A program made the translations under genes and the position numbers. This document shows positions 35,987 to 47,839 of a stretch of 64,000 nt of DNA, one piece after another. The stretch spans positions 6,264,001 to 6,328,000 of the forward strand of contig CM075993.1 in the NCBI GenBank assembly GCA_038087875.1. Reading direction: 5' to 3'. The notes beneath the pieces are model-generated. The model saw only the letters and a program-made list of their open reading frames with translations, made no database searches and was not told where the DNA came from. How positions within the stretch are numbered: the first letter of the stretch is position 1; each line of letters begins with the position of its first letter. The stretch is from Malacoraja senta. Lineage: Eukaryota.

Positions 35987-36230
35987 CCCTGGCTGTCCCC
36001 TCCCCTTCATCAGCCATCTGGTTGTCTCCTCCCCTCCCCCAGCCCTCGGGCTCCTCCTCCGCCTTTTCCTTTTTTCCTTTCTTCTCCCCACCCCCTATCA
36101 GTCTGAAGAAGGGTTTCGGCCCGAAACATTACCTATTTCCTTCGCTCCATAGATGCTGCTGCACCCGCTGAGTTTCTCCAGCATTTTTGTGTACCTTCGA
36201 TTTTCCAGCATCTGCAGTTCCTTCTTTAAC
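34102..36230 (+). mobile_element. Penelope-like retroelement (Neptune-type), 5'-truncated, inserted in a CR1 fragment
   Basis: RT + GIY-YIG ORF, pyrimidine-rich 3' UTR and HHR-bearing terminus. TSD AAGATTATTAA at 34091-34101 and 36231-36241. Confidence 0.93.
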
Positions 36231-36381
36231 AAGATTATTAAGGCTTTGGGCATGCTAGGGGCAGGACACATATTCCCAATGTTGGGGGAGTACAGAAGCA
36301 GAGGCCACAGTTTAAGAATTCCACTGATTCACCACTCTCTGTGTGAAAAATGATTTTCTCATCTCGGTCCTAAAAGACTTC

Positions 36382-36665
36382 GATAAGGGGGAAGTCTTTT
36401 AGGACCGAGATGAGAAAATTATTTTTCACACAGAGAGTGGTGAATCAGTGGAATTCTCTGCCACAGAAGGTAGTTGAGGCCAGTTCATTGGCTATATTTA
36501 AGAGGGAGTTAGATGTGGCCCTTGTGGCTAAAGGGATCAGGGGGTATGGAGAGAAGGCAGGTACAGGATACTGAGTTGGATGATCAGCCATAATCATATT
36601 GAATGGCGGTGCAGGCTCGAAGGGCCGAATGGCCTACTCCTGCACCTATTTTCTATGTTTCTATG
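36382..36665 (+). mobile_element. Young CR1 3' fragment with (TTTCTATG)n tail, preceded by a fold-back inverted copy
   Basis: Near-identical to the CR1 copies at 15228, 42315, 49473 and 53148. Confidence 0.85.
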
Positions 36666-38162
36666 TATCTATGTAATAAGAGGTAGGCCATTTAGAACAG
36701 AGAAGAGGAAAAACTTTCTCACACAGAGGGTTGTGAATCTGCGGAATTCTCTGCCTCAGATGGCAGTGGAGGCCAATTCTCTGGATGTGTTCAAGAGAGT
36801 TAGATAGAGCTCTTAAAGATAGTGGTCAGGGGATATGGGGAGAAGGCAGGAACGGGGTACTGATTGGGGATGATCAGCCATGATCAAATTGAATGGCTGT
36901 GCTGGCTCGAAGGGCCGAATGGCCTACTCCTGCACCTATTGTCTATTGTCTATTGTATTGGGCGAAAGAACTGCTGAGAACAAAGAAGTCAAGTCAAGTC
37001 AAGTGAGTTTATTGTCATGTGTCCCTGGTAGGACAATGAAATTCTTGCTTTGCTTCAGCACAACAGAACATAGTAGGCATTTACTACAAGGCATTCTATA
37101 AATATATGTTTATGTGAATGAGTGAATGAATGAATGAATACTTTATTGCCACAATGAAATTGTTTGCTTGTGTACGTTGCCAATGTCTGCACCACCTTGT
37201 CCTTTAATTCGGAGGCTGTGACCTCTAGTCCTAGACTCTCCCACTAGTGGAAACATCCTCTCCACATCCAATCTATCCAAGCCTTTCACTATTCTGCACG
37301 TTTCAATGAGGTCCCCCCTCATTCTACTAAACTCCAGCGAGTACAGGCCCAATGCTGACAAACGCTCATCATAGGTTAAACTAAGTCCTTCCTTCTGGCC
37401 ACGCGACCCGCTAATCCTTCCTTTCCGTGTGGAGTTGGCGTGTTCTCCATGTCACCTCCAGGTGCTCTGTTTTCTTCCCTCATGCCAAAGGCATGCGGAT
37501 CGACAGGGTAATTGTCTTGTGTGAACTGCCCCGACTGTGTCCAACCTCAGGGAGGTCGATGGGAATGTGGGAACAACAAAAATGTTATTAGCATGGGATT
37601 CGTGTAAATGTGCACCTGACGGTCAGTACAGACTCGATGGGCTGAAGGGCCTGATCTGTGTGGAGTCACAGAATGGTACAGCGTGGAAACAGCCCAACGT
37701 GCCCACACCGGCCAACATGTCCCAGTTACGCTAGTCCCACCTGCCTGCGTTTGCCCCATATCCCTCCACACCTGTCCTATCCATGTACCTGTCTAAATGT
37801 TTCTTAAACGTTGCAGCAGTATCTTCCTCAACTACCTCCTCTGGCAGCTCGTTCCACACACCCACCACCCTTTGGAGTGAAAAGGTTACCCCTCAGGTTC
37901 CTATTAATTCTTTCCCTCCTCACCTTAAAACCTTCAATATCAAGAGTATTTAATTGACATATGTACTGACAGTGGAACAATGAAATCCTTCCTTACAGCT
38001 GTGTGACAGGCCTGTAAACACAACACACGATAATCTGTATAATCACATAAAATCCAATAAATGAGTAACCACAATACTACTGCAAAAAAACTAGTCATTA
38101 GCGCAACCAAAGACAGCCCATAGATATTCATAGTTGAGATTGGTAATGTGTAGTGTTCAAGT

Positions 38163-38583
38163 GCTCTGGAGTTTAGAAGGATGAGAGGAAATCTCATTGA
38201 AACATATAAGATTGTTAAGGGTTTGGACACACTGGAGGCAGGAAACATGTTCCCGATGTTGGGGGAGTCCAGAACCAGGGGCCACAGTTTAAGAATAAGG
38301 GGTAGGCCATTTAGAACGGAGATGAGGAAACACTTTTTCTCGCAGAGAGTTGTGAGTCTGTGGAATTCTCTGCCTCAGCAGGCGGTGGAGGCAGGTTCTC
38401 TGGATGTTTTCCAGAGAGAGCTGGATAGGGCTCTTAAAGATAGCAGAATCAGGGGATATGGGGAAAAGGCAGGAACGGGGTACTGATTAGGGATGATCAG
38501 CCATGATCACATTGAATGGCGGTGCTGGCTCGAAGGGCCGAATGGCTTACTCCTGCACCTATTGTCTATTGTCTATTGTCTAT
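38163..38583 (+). mobile_element. CR1 LINE 3' fragment
   Basis: MRGNLIETYKIVKGLD...GEKAGTGY. Confidence 0.9.
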
Positions 38584-39042
38584 AAGAGCCATCATTAATA
38601 GGTACAAAGTACTGGAATATCTCAGCGGGTCAGGCAGCATCTCTGGATAAAAGGAATGGGTGACGTTATGGGTCGAGACCCTTCTTCAGGCGGATTATAG
38701 GGTCCCGACCCGAAATGTCCCCTCACCATGTTCTCCAGAGATTATGCCTGACCCGTTGAGTTACTCCAGGACTCTGTGTCTATCTTTGGTATATACCGGC
38801 ATCTGCTGTTCCTAGTTATTGCAATTTAACTCATCATTTGACCTCTTCCAACTGAGTCAACTTGACTTGCAAAACCTGCGGATAATTTATGGAGAGTAAA
38901 AGAAAAGAGCAGATGATATTGATCAAGACTTCACCAGAATGAGCCAAGGAATAAGCTCCTTGCAACGTTTGGCAACAAGTCTTAATGGCACCACCTCTTT
39001 TGACTGTCATTTGATGTTTGTTGTGGGATCATCATTTCAAGC

Positions 39043-39337
39043 TAAGTTTGGTTGAGAGATGCAGCGCAGAAACAGGCCCTTCGGCCCACCGAGTCCACAC
39101 CAACCAGCGATCCCTGCACACTAACACTACCCTACACACACTAGGGGGAATTTACATTTACACCAAGCCAATTAACATACAAACCTGCACGTCTTTGGAG
39201 TGTGGGAGGAATCCGAAGATCTCGGAGGAAAAGCCACGCAGGTCACGGGGAGAACGTGCAAACTCCACCCGTAGTCGGGAGCGAACCTGGGTCTCTGGCG
39301 CTGTGAGGCAGCAACTCTAACGCTGCGCCACCGTGCC
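39043..39337 (-). mobile_element. HE1-type V-SINE
   Basis: Head, V domain and tail. Confidence 0.85.
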
Positions 39338-39473
39338 ACTTCAAGACAACCAAAAAACAAGTTTGGGCCCCGGAGATCATATTACAACCAAAATTGAACA
39401 AAGCATCTCTGTCGTGATCGACCCACATCCCCCTTCATCTATTCACAATCAGTCTGAAGAAGGCTCCCAACCC

Positions 39474-39803
39474 GAAACGTCACCTATCCATGTTCTCCAC
39501 AGATGCTGCCTGACCCGCTGAGTTACTGCAGCACTCGGTGAAACGTCACCTATCCATGTTCTCCAGATATGCTGCCTGACCCGCCGATCTACTCCAGCAC
39601 TCGGTGAAATGTCACCTATCCATGTTCTCCACAGATGGTGCCTGACCCACCGAGCTACTCCAGCACTCGGTGAAACGTCACCTATCCATGTTCTCCACAG
39701 ATGGTGCCTGACCCACCGATCTACTCCAGCACTCGGTGAAACGTCACCTATCCATGTTCTCCACAGGTGCTGCCTGACCCGCCGAGCTACTCCAGCACTC
39801 GAT
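39474..39803 (+). repeat. Five 66-bp tandem repeats derived from the PLE terminus
   Basis: GAAA(C/T)GTC at 39474, 39540, 39606, 39672 and 39738. Confidence 0.92.
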
Positions 39804-40057
39804 GTCTTCTTTTGTCAACCAGCATCCACGATGCCTTGTCAGTTTCCAAAATAAATCTCTTAAGCGGACCCCTGCTGTAAACTGTTTGCCCGCGTCTGTT
39901 GTCTTCGATAAACAAGATTAGTTTTTAGTGCACATTAGTTATATAAGAGCAAATTTTTATTCCCTATAAGATTTTTTTTGGTAGCTCTCTGTAAGAGTGA
40001 ATTTCCGTTATGCCTACTGCTTTAATGGTGGTGGGGGGGGGGGGGGGGGGCTACATT

Positions 40058-40601
40058 AGACAATAGACAATAGACAATAGGTGCAGGAGTAGGCCATTTG
40101 GTCCTTTGAGCCAGCACCGCCATTCAATGTGATCATGGCTGATCATCCACAATCAGTACCCCGTTCCTGCCTTTTCCCCATATCCCCTGACTCTGCTATT
40201 TTTAAGAGCCCTATCTAGTTCTCTCTTGAAAGCATCCAGAGAACCTGCTGCCACCACCCTCTGAGGCTGAGAATTCCACTGTCTCACCACTCTCTGTGAG
40301 AAAAAGTGTTTCCTCGTCTCTGTTCTAAATGGCTTACACCTTATTCTTAAACTGTGGCCCCCTGGTTCTGGACTCCCCCAACATCGGGAACATGTTTCCT
40401 GCCTCTAGCGTGTCCAAGCCCTTAACAATCTTATATGTTTCAATGAGATCCCCTCTCATCCTTCTAAACTCCAGAGTGTACAAGCCCAGCCGCTCCATTC
40501 TCTCAGCATATGACAGTCCCGCCATCCTGGGAATTAACCTTGTAAACCTACGCTGCACCCCCTCAATAGCAAGAATGTCCTTCCTCAAATTAGGGGACCA
40601 T
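40058..40601 (-). mobile_element. CR1 LINE 3' fragment
   Basis: WSPNLRKDILAIEGVQRRFTRLIP. Confidence 0.9.
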
Positions 40602-41649
40602 AAGACATTATAGGTTATGGGATTGTCTTGGGACCACAAAGTACCCCCCCCCCTCCCCTGCTGTGGGAACGTGTTGCTTGTTTTTTGGGGGTTGAATCTT
40701 GGCCAGATTAATTCAACCTCATCTGGTTCCATCTGCGGGAGACATCTGAAGAATTCCTATGTGAGACTTTGTATTCAGTGGGAATCTTGTGGCCAATTCT
40801 GGGCACCACAGTGTTGGGTGGCTGCCAAGGTACGGAGATAGAAACTGCTAAAATGGTACCAGGAAGGATATTTATATTCCATATTTTTCTCACGACTACA
40901 AAGGAGGCCCTTTGCCTATAAGAACCTCGACACGAAATGCTGGAGTAACTCGGCCAGACAGGCAGCATCTCTGGATGGAAGGAATGGTGGCGTTTCAGGT
41001 CGAGGCCCTTCTTCAGACCATTTTGTGTCTATCTTCGGTGTAAACCAGCATCTGCAGTTCCTTCCTGCACCCTTTGATTATCAAGTCTTTGCCAGCATTT
41101 ACTTGGGACGGGGTGGCACATTGGCACCACTGGTAGAGCTGCTGCCAGAGACTTCTTTACTCAGAGGGTGGTGAATCTGTTGAATTATTTGCCACAGAGG
41201 GCTGTGGAGGCCAAGTTAGTGGATATTTTTAAGGCAGAGATGGATAGATTCTGGATTAGTGCTGGTGTCAGATTGGTATGGGTGTCAAGGGTAATGGGGA
41301 GAAGGCAGGAGAATGGGGTTTAGGAGGGAGAGATAGATCAGCCATGATTGAATGGCGGAGTAGACTTGATGGGCTGAATGGCCTAATTCTGCTCCTATTC
41401 CTCATGAAAACATGAATGCATAGAACATGGGACAGTCGAGCACTGGATCAGGCCCTCTGCCCACAATGCTCGTGTCAATCATGACACCAGTTCAGACTCA
41501 TCTCCTCTGCCTGTCTGTGGTCCATATGCAGTGCAGCGGGCAGTGCCGCTGCCTCACAGCACCAGAGACCCAGATGCATTAGTGTGCAAAGAAAAAACTA
41601 ATGTGCGCTGCCCTTAGATGTATTCGTGTTTTATTTACATTCACGGGGG

Positions 41650-41958
41650 GCGGGCATGGTGGCGCAGCGGTAGAGTTGCTGCCTCACAGCGCTTACAGCG
41701 CCAGAGACCCAGGTTCCATCCTGACAACGGGTGCTGTCTGTACGGAGTTTGTACGTTCTCCCCGTGACCCGCGTGAGTTTTCTCTGAGATCTTCGCTTTC
41801 CTCCCACACTCCAAAGACGTACAGGTTGGTAGGTTAACTAGCTTGGTATCAATGTACAAATTGTCCCCAGTGTAGTGTTAATGTGCGGGGATCGCTGGTC
41901 GATCGGTGGGCCTCAGGGCCTGTTTCCGCTCTGTATCGCTAAACTAAACTAAACTAAA
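41650..41958 (+). mobile_element. HE1-type V-SINE
   Basis: Head, V domain and tail. Confidence 0.87.
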
Positions 41959-42036
41959 CATCCAAATGACAGAATAATTTGTTACACTGTTTGTTGTGGT
42001 GAAACTTCATGAAGATGCGACTTAAAGTCCACAGAT

Positions 42037-42236
42037 NNNNNNNNNNNNNNNNNNNNNNNNNNNNNNNNNNNNNNNNNNNNNNNNNNNNNNNNNNNNNNNN
42101 NNNNNNNNNNNNNNNNNNNNNNNNNNNNNNNNNNNNNNNNNNNNNNNNNNNNNNNNNNNNNNNNNNNNNNNNNNNNNNNNNNNNNNNNNNNNNNNNNNNN
42201 NNNNNNNNNNNNNNNNNNNNNNNNNNNNNNNNNNNN
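42037..42236. other. Assembly gap (200 N)
   Basis: Run of N; the true length is unknown. Confidence 0.99.
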
Positions 42237-42314
42237 TTAATGTGCGGGGATCGCCGGTCAGTGCGGACTCGGTGGGCCGAAGGGCCTGTTTCCGTGCTGT
42301 ATCTCTAAACTAAA

Positions 42315-42960
42315 CTTAGCATTCATAGCAAAAGGATTTGAGTATAAGAGCAGGGAGGTTCTACTGCAGTTGTACAGGGTCTTGGTGAGACCACACCTGG
42401 AGTATTGCGTACAGTTTTGGTCTCCTAATCTGAGGAAAGACATTCTTGCCATAGAGGGAGTACAGAGAAGGTTCACCAGACTGATTCCTGGGATGGCAGG
42501 ACTTTCATATGAAGAAAGACTGGATAGACTCGGCTTGTACTCGCTAGAATTTAGAAGATTGAGGGGGGATCTTATAGAAACTTACAAAATTCTTAAGGGG
42601 TTGGACAGGCTAGATGCAGGAAGATTATTCCCGATGTTGGAGAAGTCCAGAACTAGGGGTCACAGTTTAAGGATAAGAGGGAAGTGTTTTAGGACCGAGA
42701 TGAGAAAATCATTTTTTACACAGAGAGTGGTGAATCTGTGGAATTCTCTGCCACAGAAGGTAGTTGAGGCCAGTTCATTGGCTATATTTAAGAGGGAGTT
42801 AGATGTGGCCCTTGTGGCTAAAGGGATCAGGGGGTATGGAGAGAAGGCAGGGATGGGATACTGAGTTGGATGATCAGCCATGATCATATCGAATGGCGGT
42901 GCAGGCTCTGAAGGGCCGAATGGCCTACTCCTGCACCTATTTTCTATGTTTCTATGTTTC
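42315..42960 (+). mobile_element. CR1 LINE 3' fragment (longest CR1 piece here)
   Basis: LYRVLVRPHLEYCVQFWSP...GEKAGMGY. Confidence 0.92.
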
Positions 42961-44139
42961 TAAACTAGAACGATAGTTCCTGCGGAATTAAATAAGGAAA
43001 ATCTCCAAAAATGCATTTCGTAACGACAATAAGCCTGGAATGAATAAATATTTAAATAAACAGTCTTGCATAATGGATTCAATACAGCTGCATTTTAAAT
43101 AATGGCAACCCTAAGATATTAAATTAATCAAACTGCTTCCAGTAATGATTTAATGAACTTCGAAGTGAATAATTGTTTCATTAATAAGAAATGTTTTGCT
43201 GAATTACATCTCACGCAATATGATCTGAAAATGCACATTCAGTGTAAGGGGATTCACAAAGCCATGTCCTAAATCACCCTCACATTTTCTAGGAACTAAT
43301 ACCTTTATTTTCACCTCCTGCCATTCCTTTCTCTGCCTCTTTTCTCTCGAGAACAAAGGCTCTCTTGGTATCGAGTTATAGACAGAGAATAATGTATAGT
43401 GAGGATTAATACGTCAATGTTTCAAAATTCTTCCAAATTTAATTAACAGTTAATCTTGAAACTTCACGGACAATTGCATAAACCAACAGGGGATACGAGG
43501 AACTGCAGATGCTGGTTTACCAAAAAGGATAACGTGTGCTGGAGTACCTCAGCGGGTCAGGCAGCATCTCTGGTGAACAAGGATAGGTGACGTTTCGGGT
43601 CGGGACTATTCTGCTGCTCCTGACTTGAAACGTCACCCATCCATGTTCTCCAGAGATGCTGCCTGTCCTGCTGAGGTACTCCAGCACTTTGTGTCTTTTT
43701 TTTGCATGCACATATACCTGTGATGTGCAGATGCTGGTTTGCGCCGAATATAGATATAAAATGCTGGAGTAACTCAGCGGGACAGGCAGCATCTCTGGGG
43801 AGAAGGAATGGGTGATGTTTCGGGTCGAGACTCTTCTTCGGACCAGTCAGAAGAAGGGTCTCGACCCGAAACAGCACCCATTCCTTCAATCCAGAGATGC
43901 CGCCTGTCCCGCTGAGTTACTCCAGCATTTTGTGTCTGTTTTCACCTGTGACGGGGAGGCCACTTAAGAGATTGGCTTTGGAAACTGACAAGGCAATACT
44001 CTCAATGGAGGTAAAGATATCTGTTGCACACTTGGCAAAGCAAATGAGACATTCTCACAACCCTTGGCCGAAAGCACTGACAACAGGGGCTGTCGTAATT
44101 GGATCTGTTGACCAACAAGTGAGAGGGGCCCTACCAGAA

Positions 44140-44618
44140 TTTACAAGGATAATTCCCGGGATGGCGGGACTGTCATATGCTGAGAGAATGGAGCAGCAGG
44201 GCTTGTACACTCTGGAGTTTAGAAGGATGAGAGGGGATCTTATTCAAACATATAAGATTGTTAAGGGTTTGGACACGCTAGAGGCAGGAATCATGTTCCC
44301 GATGTTGGGGGAGTCCAGAACCAGGGGCCACAGTTTAAGAACAAGGAGTAAGCCATTTAGAACGGAGACGAGGAAACACTTTTTCTCACAGAGAGTGGTG
44401 AGTCTGTAGAATTCTCTGCCTCAGAGGGCAGGTTCTCTGGATGCTTTCAAGAGAGAGCTAGACAGGGCTCTTAAAAATAGCGGAGTCAGGGGATATGGGG
44501 AGAAGGCAGGAACGGGGTACTGATTGGGGATGATCAGCCATGATCACATTGAATGGCGGTGCTGGCTCGAAGGGCCGAATGGCCTACTCCTGCACCTATT
44601 GTCTATTGTCTATTGTCT
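44140..44618 (+). mobile_element. CR1 LINE 3' fragment
   Basis: FTRIIPGMAGLSYAERME... Confidence 0.9.
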
Positions 44619-44908
44619 AATGACCCCCCCCTTAAAATAAGGGAAGGGAGTTCATGCCAGGGGGCCACATGAATGACAAGGGTTTAGTTTAGTTTCGATT
44701 AGATTAGTTTAGAGATACAGCGCGGAAACAATCTCCCGACAGACAGCGCCCGTAGTCGGGATCGAAACTGGATCGCTGGTACTGTAAGCACTGTGAGGCA
44801 GCAACTCTACCGCTGCACCACCGCCTGATGTGCCTTCTCTCCCTTCTTTGGTATCATATCAGGCAACAATCAGAGGAGGCTCTTTGGCCCATTGGGCCTC
44901 TGCTCCAG

Positions 44909-45205
44909 GGCGGCACGGTGGCGCAGCGGTAGAGTTGCTGCCTCACAGCGCCAGAGACCCGGGTACGATCCCGGCTACGGCTGCCGTCTGTACGGAGTTT
45001 GTACGTTCTCCCCGTGTCCTTCGTGGGTTTTCCCCGAGATCTTCAGTTTCCTCCCGCACTCCAAAGACGTAGGGTTTGAAGGTTAATTAGCTTGGTATAA
45101 TTCTAAATTGGCCCTAGTGCGTGCAGGATAGTGTTCGTGTCCGGGGATCGCGGGCCAGGGTGGACTCGGTGGGCCGAAGGGACTGTTTCCGCGCTGTATC
45201 TCTAA
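44909..45205 (+). mobile_element. HE1-type V-SINE
   Basis: Head, V domain and tail. Confidence 0.87.
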
Positions 45206-46025
45206 ATCTGCACTGAAATACATGTCCAGATAATACACGCTCTATTGCAAGAGTGAGGTTGAAGCCAAACTACTCTGGCCAAACTATCCAGAAAAGATCT
45301 GGTAAAGGACATTTATATCAACAGTTACTGGACACAAACTGGCAAATAGAATGAGATTGCAGTAGGCTATATATTGATTGAGTGGCAAATACAGCATTGA
45401 GACAGGCCCTTCAGCCCACCGAGTCCATGCCGACCATCGATCACCTGCTCAAACTGGTTCTAGGTTGTCCCATCTTCTCAACCTCTCCGTATACATTAGG
45501 GGCAATTAACAGAGGCACAGCCCGCACATCTTTGGGATGTGGGAGGAAACCAGAGCACCCGGAGGAAACCCACGCGGTCACAGGAGGAACGTGCAAACTC
45601 CACACAGGCAGAAACCGAGGGCCGGATCAAAGCCAGGTCTCTGGCGCTGTGAGGCAGCAGCTCCACCCACTGTGGCCGGGATGAAATGGATGATGAATAG
45701 CTGTGAGAACCAAAGATTAGTGGAGTTTCCAAATGTTCTGCATTGCTTAAGCAGTGAATGAATAATAGAACAGATTTTGAACAAAATGATTAAATTCCTC
45801 TATTGCTAATTCTTGTGTCCAGGTATCTTGAGGAACTTATATACTCGGTAGGTAGATGGATGACGAATTGCACATAACATTGTCAGGAGAAGTCCTATGA
45901 GTTATGTTGCATTTGACAGTATTAGCACTGATTAAAGTTCGAGAACAAATAAATGAGAATGGCTGAAGTGAAGCTTGGAGGATGCTCAGAGTTTTGGAGA
46001 TAACGAACTAGAAGATCTTCAGGAC

Positions 46026-46409
46026 CAAAGATCCTATAGCGAGCAAGATCGTCCACTCGACGAAAAAGACGTAGTACGGTCATGGGCAGATTCATGGGTC
46101 ATTTTCGCCCCCATTTCCGTAACCGGCTTCCGTCTCCGCACCAAAGATCCCATAGGATACCAGTGCGGAGACGGAAGCCGGTTATGGAAACATCCTGGTA
46201 AAAATAAAAGTTATTTGGTAAAAATCTTCTCCTCATTTTCAGAATTTTAATTTATTAACACAACTGTTCCCCCGCAACGTTGATTACACTGCGGGTCGGG
46301 TCAGGTCCGGTTACGGAAATGGATTGAAAAAAGGCCCACGTTGCGCTCCGTTGCGTACTACATTACATTTAGCAGGAGTGGTCTATCTTGCTCCGCTATA
46401 GAATCTTTG
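46026..46409. mobile_element. hAT-type MITE (copy 2, opposite orientation)
   Basis: ~25-bp TIRs and an 8-bp TSD TTCAGGAC/TTCTGGAC (46018-46025, 46410-46417). Confidence 0.82.
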
Positions 46410-46516
46410 TTCTGGACCATTGGATGTTTTCTCTGTTAGTACCCAACATACTTTCAATTCACCTTTTAAAGATATTACGTTGCATTAAGATAAATTTCAA
46501 ATGAACTAATTAGATG

Positions 46517-46818
46517 GGCAGCACGGTGGCGCAGCGGTAGAGTTGCTGCCTTACAGCGAATGCAGCGCCGGAGACCCGGGTTCAATCCCGACTATGGGTG
46601 CTGTCTGTACGGAGTTTGTACGTTCTCCCCGTGATCTTCGAAATCTTCGGTTTCCTCCCACACTCCAAAGACGTGCAGGTTTGTAGGTAAATTGGCTTGG
46701 TATAAAATGTGAAGTTGTCCCCGGTAGGGTAGTGTTAATGTGCGGGGGATGGTTGGTCGGCACGGACTCGGTGGGCCAAAAGGGCCTCTTTCCGCGCTGT
46801 ATCTCCAAACTAAACTAA
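46517..46818 (+). mobile_element. HE1-type V-SINE
   Basis: Head, V domain and tail. Confidence 0.87.
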
Positions 46819-47084
46819 AGATATCAAGTGGTGTAATTTTATGATGAGGGATTAATACAATCCGTTTATGGCACGTATTGCTGCAGTGTACGTTTCCTGA
46901 AATAAATCACAGATGTTTCTCTCGTTGCCAAGTGTGTTGCAATACACAACCAGATACATTAGGACGGATGTGTGGGGACATGTTTGAGATGAAATCAGTG
47001 GTCCCCATGAGGGTGGAACTGTAATTTTGGTTTAAGGCTCCAGACAGCTGTGGAAACCTATTTCTCACACCTTTGGGATTCGGT

Positions 47085-47417
47085 ATAGACAACAGACAAT
47101 AGACAATAGGTGCAGGAGTAGGCCATTCGGCCCTTCGAGCCATTCAATGTGATCATGGCTGATCATCCCCAATCAGTACCCCCCGTTCCTGCCTTCTCCC
47201 CATATCCCCTGACTCCGCTATCTTTAAGAGCCCTATCTAGCTCTCTCTTGAAAGCATCCAGAGAACCTGCCACCACCACCCTCTGAGGCAGAGAATTCCA
47301 CAAACTCACAACTCTCTGTGAGAAAAAGTGTTTCCTCGTCTCCGTTCCAAATGGCTTACTCCTTATTCTTAAACTGTGTGTGGCCCCTGGTTCTGGACTC
47401 CCCCAACATCGGGAACG
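47085..47417 (-). mobile_element. CR1 LINE 3' fragment
   Basis: Reverse complement of the 2355-2685 type sequence. Confidence 0.85.
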
Positions 47418-47699
47418 ATGAATACTCTACTGAACTTCTACAGGCGTGCGGTGGAGAGCGTATTGACTGGTTTCATCACGGCCTGCTTCGGCAACTCGAA
47501 GGCCCAGGAACGGAGGAGATTACAGAGAGTGGTGGACACATCGCTGGACCATCACGGGTACTCACCTCCCCACCATCCAAGGGATCGACAGGAGTCGCTG
47601 CCTCAAAAAGGCAGCCGGCATCATCAAGGACCCGCACCACCCTGGCCACGCATATTTCACCCCTGCCATCGGGAAGAAGATATAGGAGCCTCAAAACCG

Positions 47700-47839
47700 C
47701 CTTCTTCTTCTTTCGTGTGGCGTGCACAGCCTAAAGTTGTTGGACAACTTGTTCTATTTGATCTTCCGTTTGTGCACGTCGAGTTGATTGCATTAGTCGA
47801 AACAGGGCGGGCCACGTGAAGGTTGCAATCTCCCACCCC
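47700..47839 (-). mobile_element. 140-bp non-autonomous non-LTR retroelement with HDV-ribozyme head and (GAA)n tail (Ingi/Vingi-like or RTE-related)
   Basis: TSD CTCAAAACCG at 47690-47699 and 47840-47849. It interrupts a Rex1 fragment and ends ...CACGCCACACGAAAGAAGAAGAAG. Clade assignment is inference. Confidence 0.8.
47786..47839 (-). ncRNA. Minimal HDV-like (CPEB3/delta-type) self-cleaving ribozyme motif lacking P4
   Basis: The minus strand reads GGGGUGG GA GAUUGCA ACC UUCACGU GGC CCGCCCU GU UUCGA C UAA UGCAAUC. P1 is GGGGUGG/CCGCCCU with a G1-U wobble, P2 is GAUUGCA/UGCAAUC (7/7), P3 is ACC/GGC (one A-C mismatch) and L3 is UUCACGU. P1.1 is a single C-G pair and J4/2 is C-U-A-A. Folded by hand. 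Confidence 0.85.

Larger units (their letters stand above)
33965..36960 (+). mobile_element. CR1 LINE 3' fragment split by the PLE and by a younger CR1
   Basis: RFTRLIPGMAGLSY...IETYKII lies before the PLE. It continues after 36231 and after ~36674, ending in a (CTATTGT)n tail. Confidence 0.85.

Noticed and set aside
39474..39803. 66-bp periodic array as CRISPR
   Set aside because: Whole units repeat with no variable spacers, and they derive from the PLE terminus.
43103..43113. TGGCAACCCTA as the partner TIR of the hAT end at 15928
   Set aside because: It is 27 kb away across an assembly gap, with no subterminal repeats or matching TSD.
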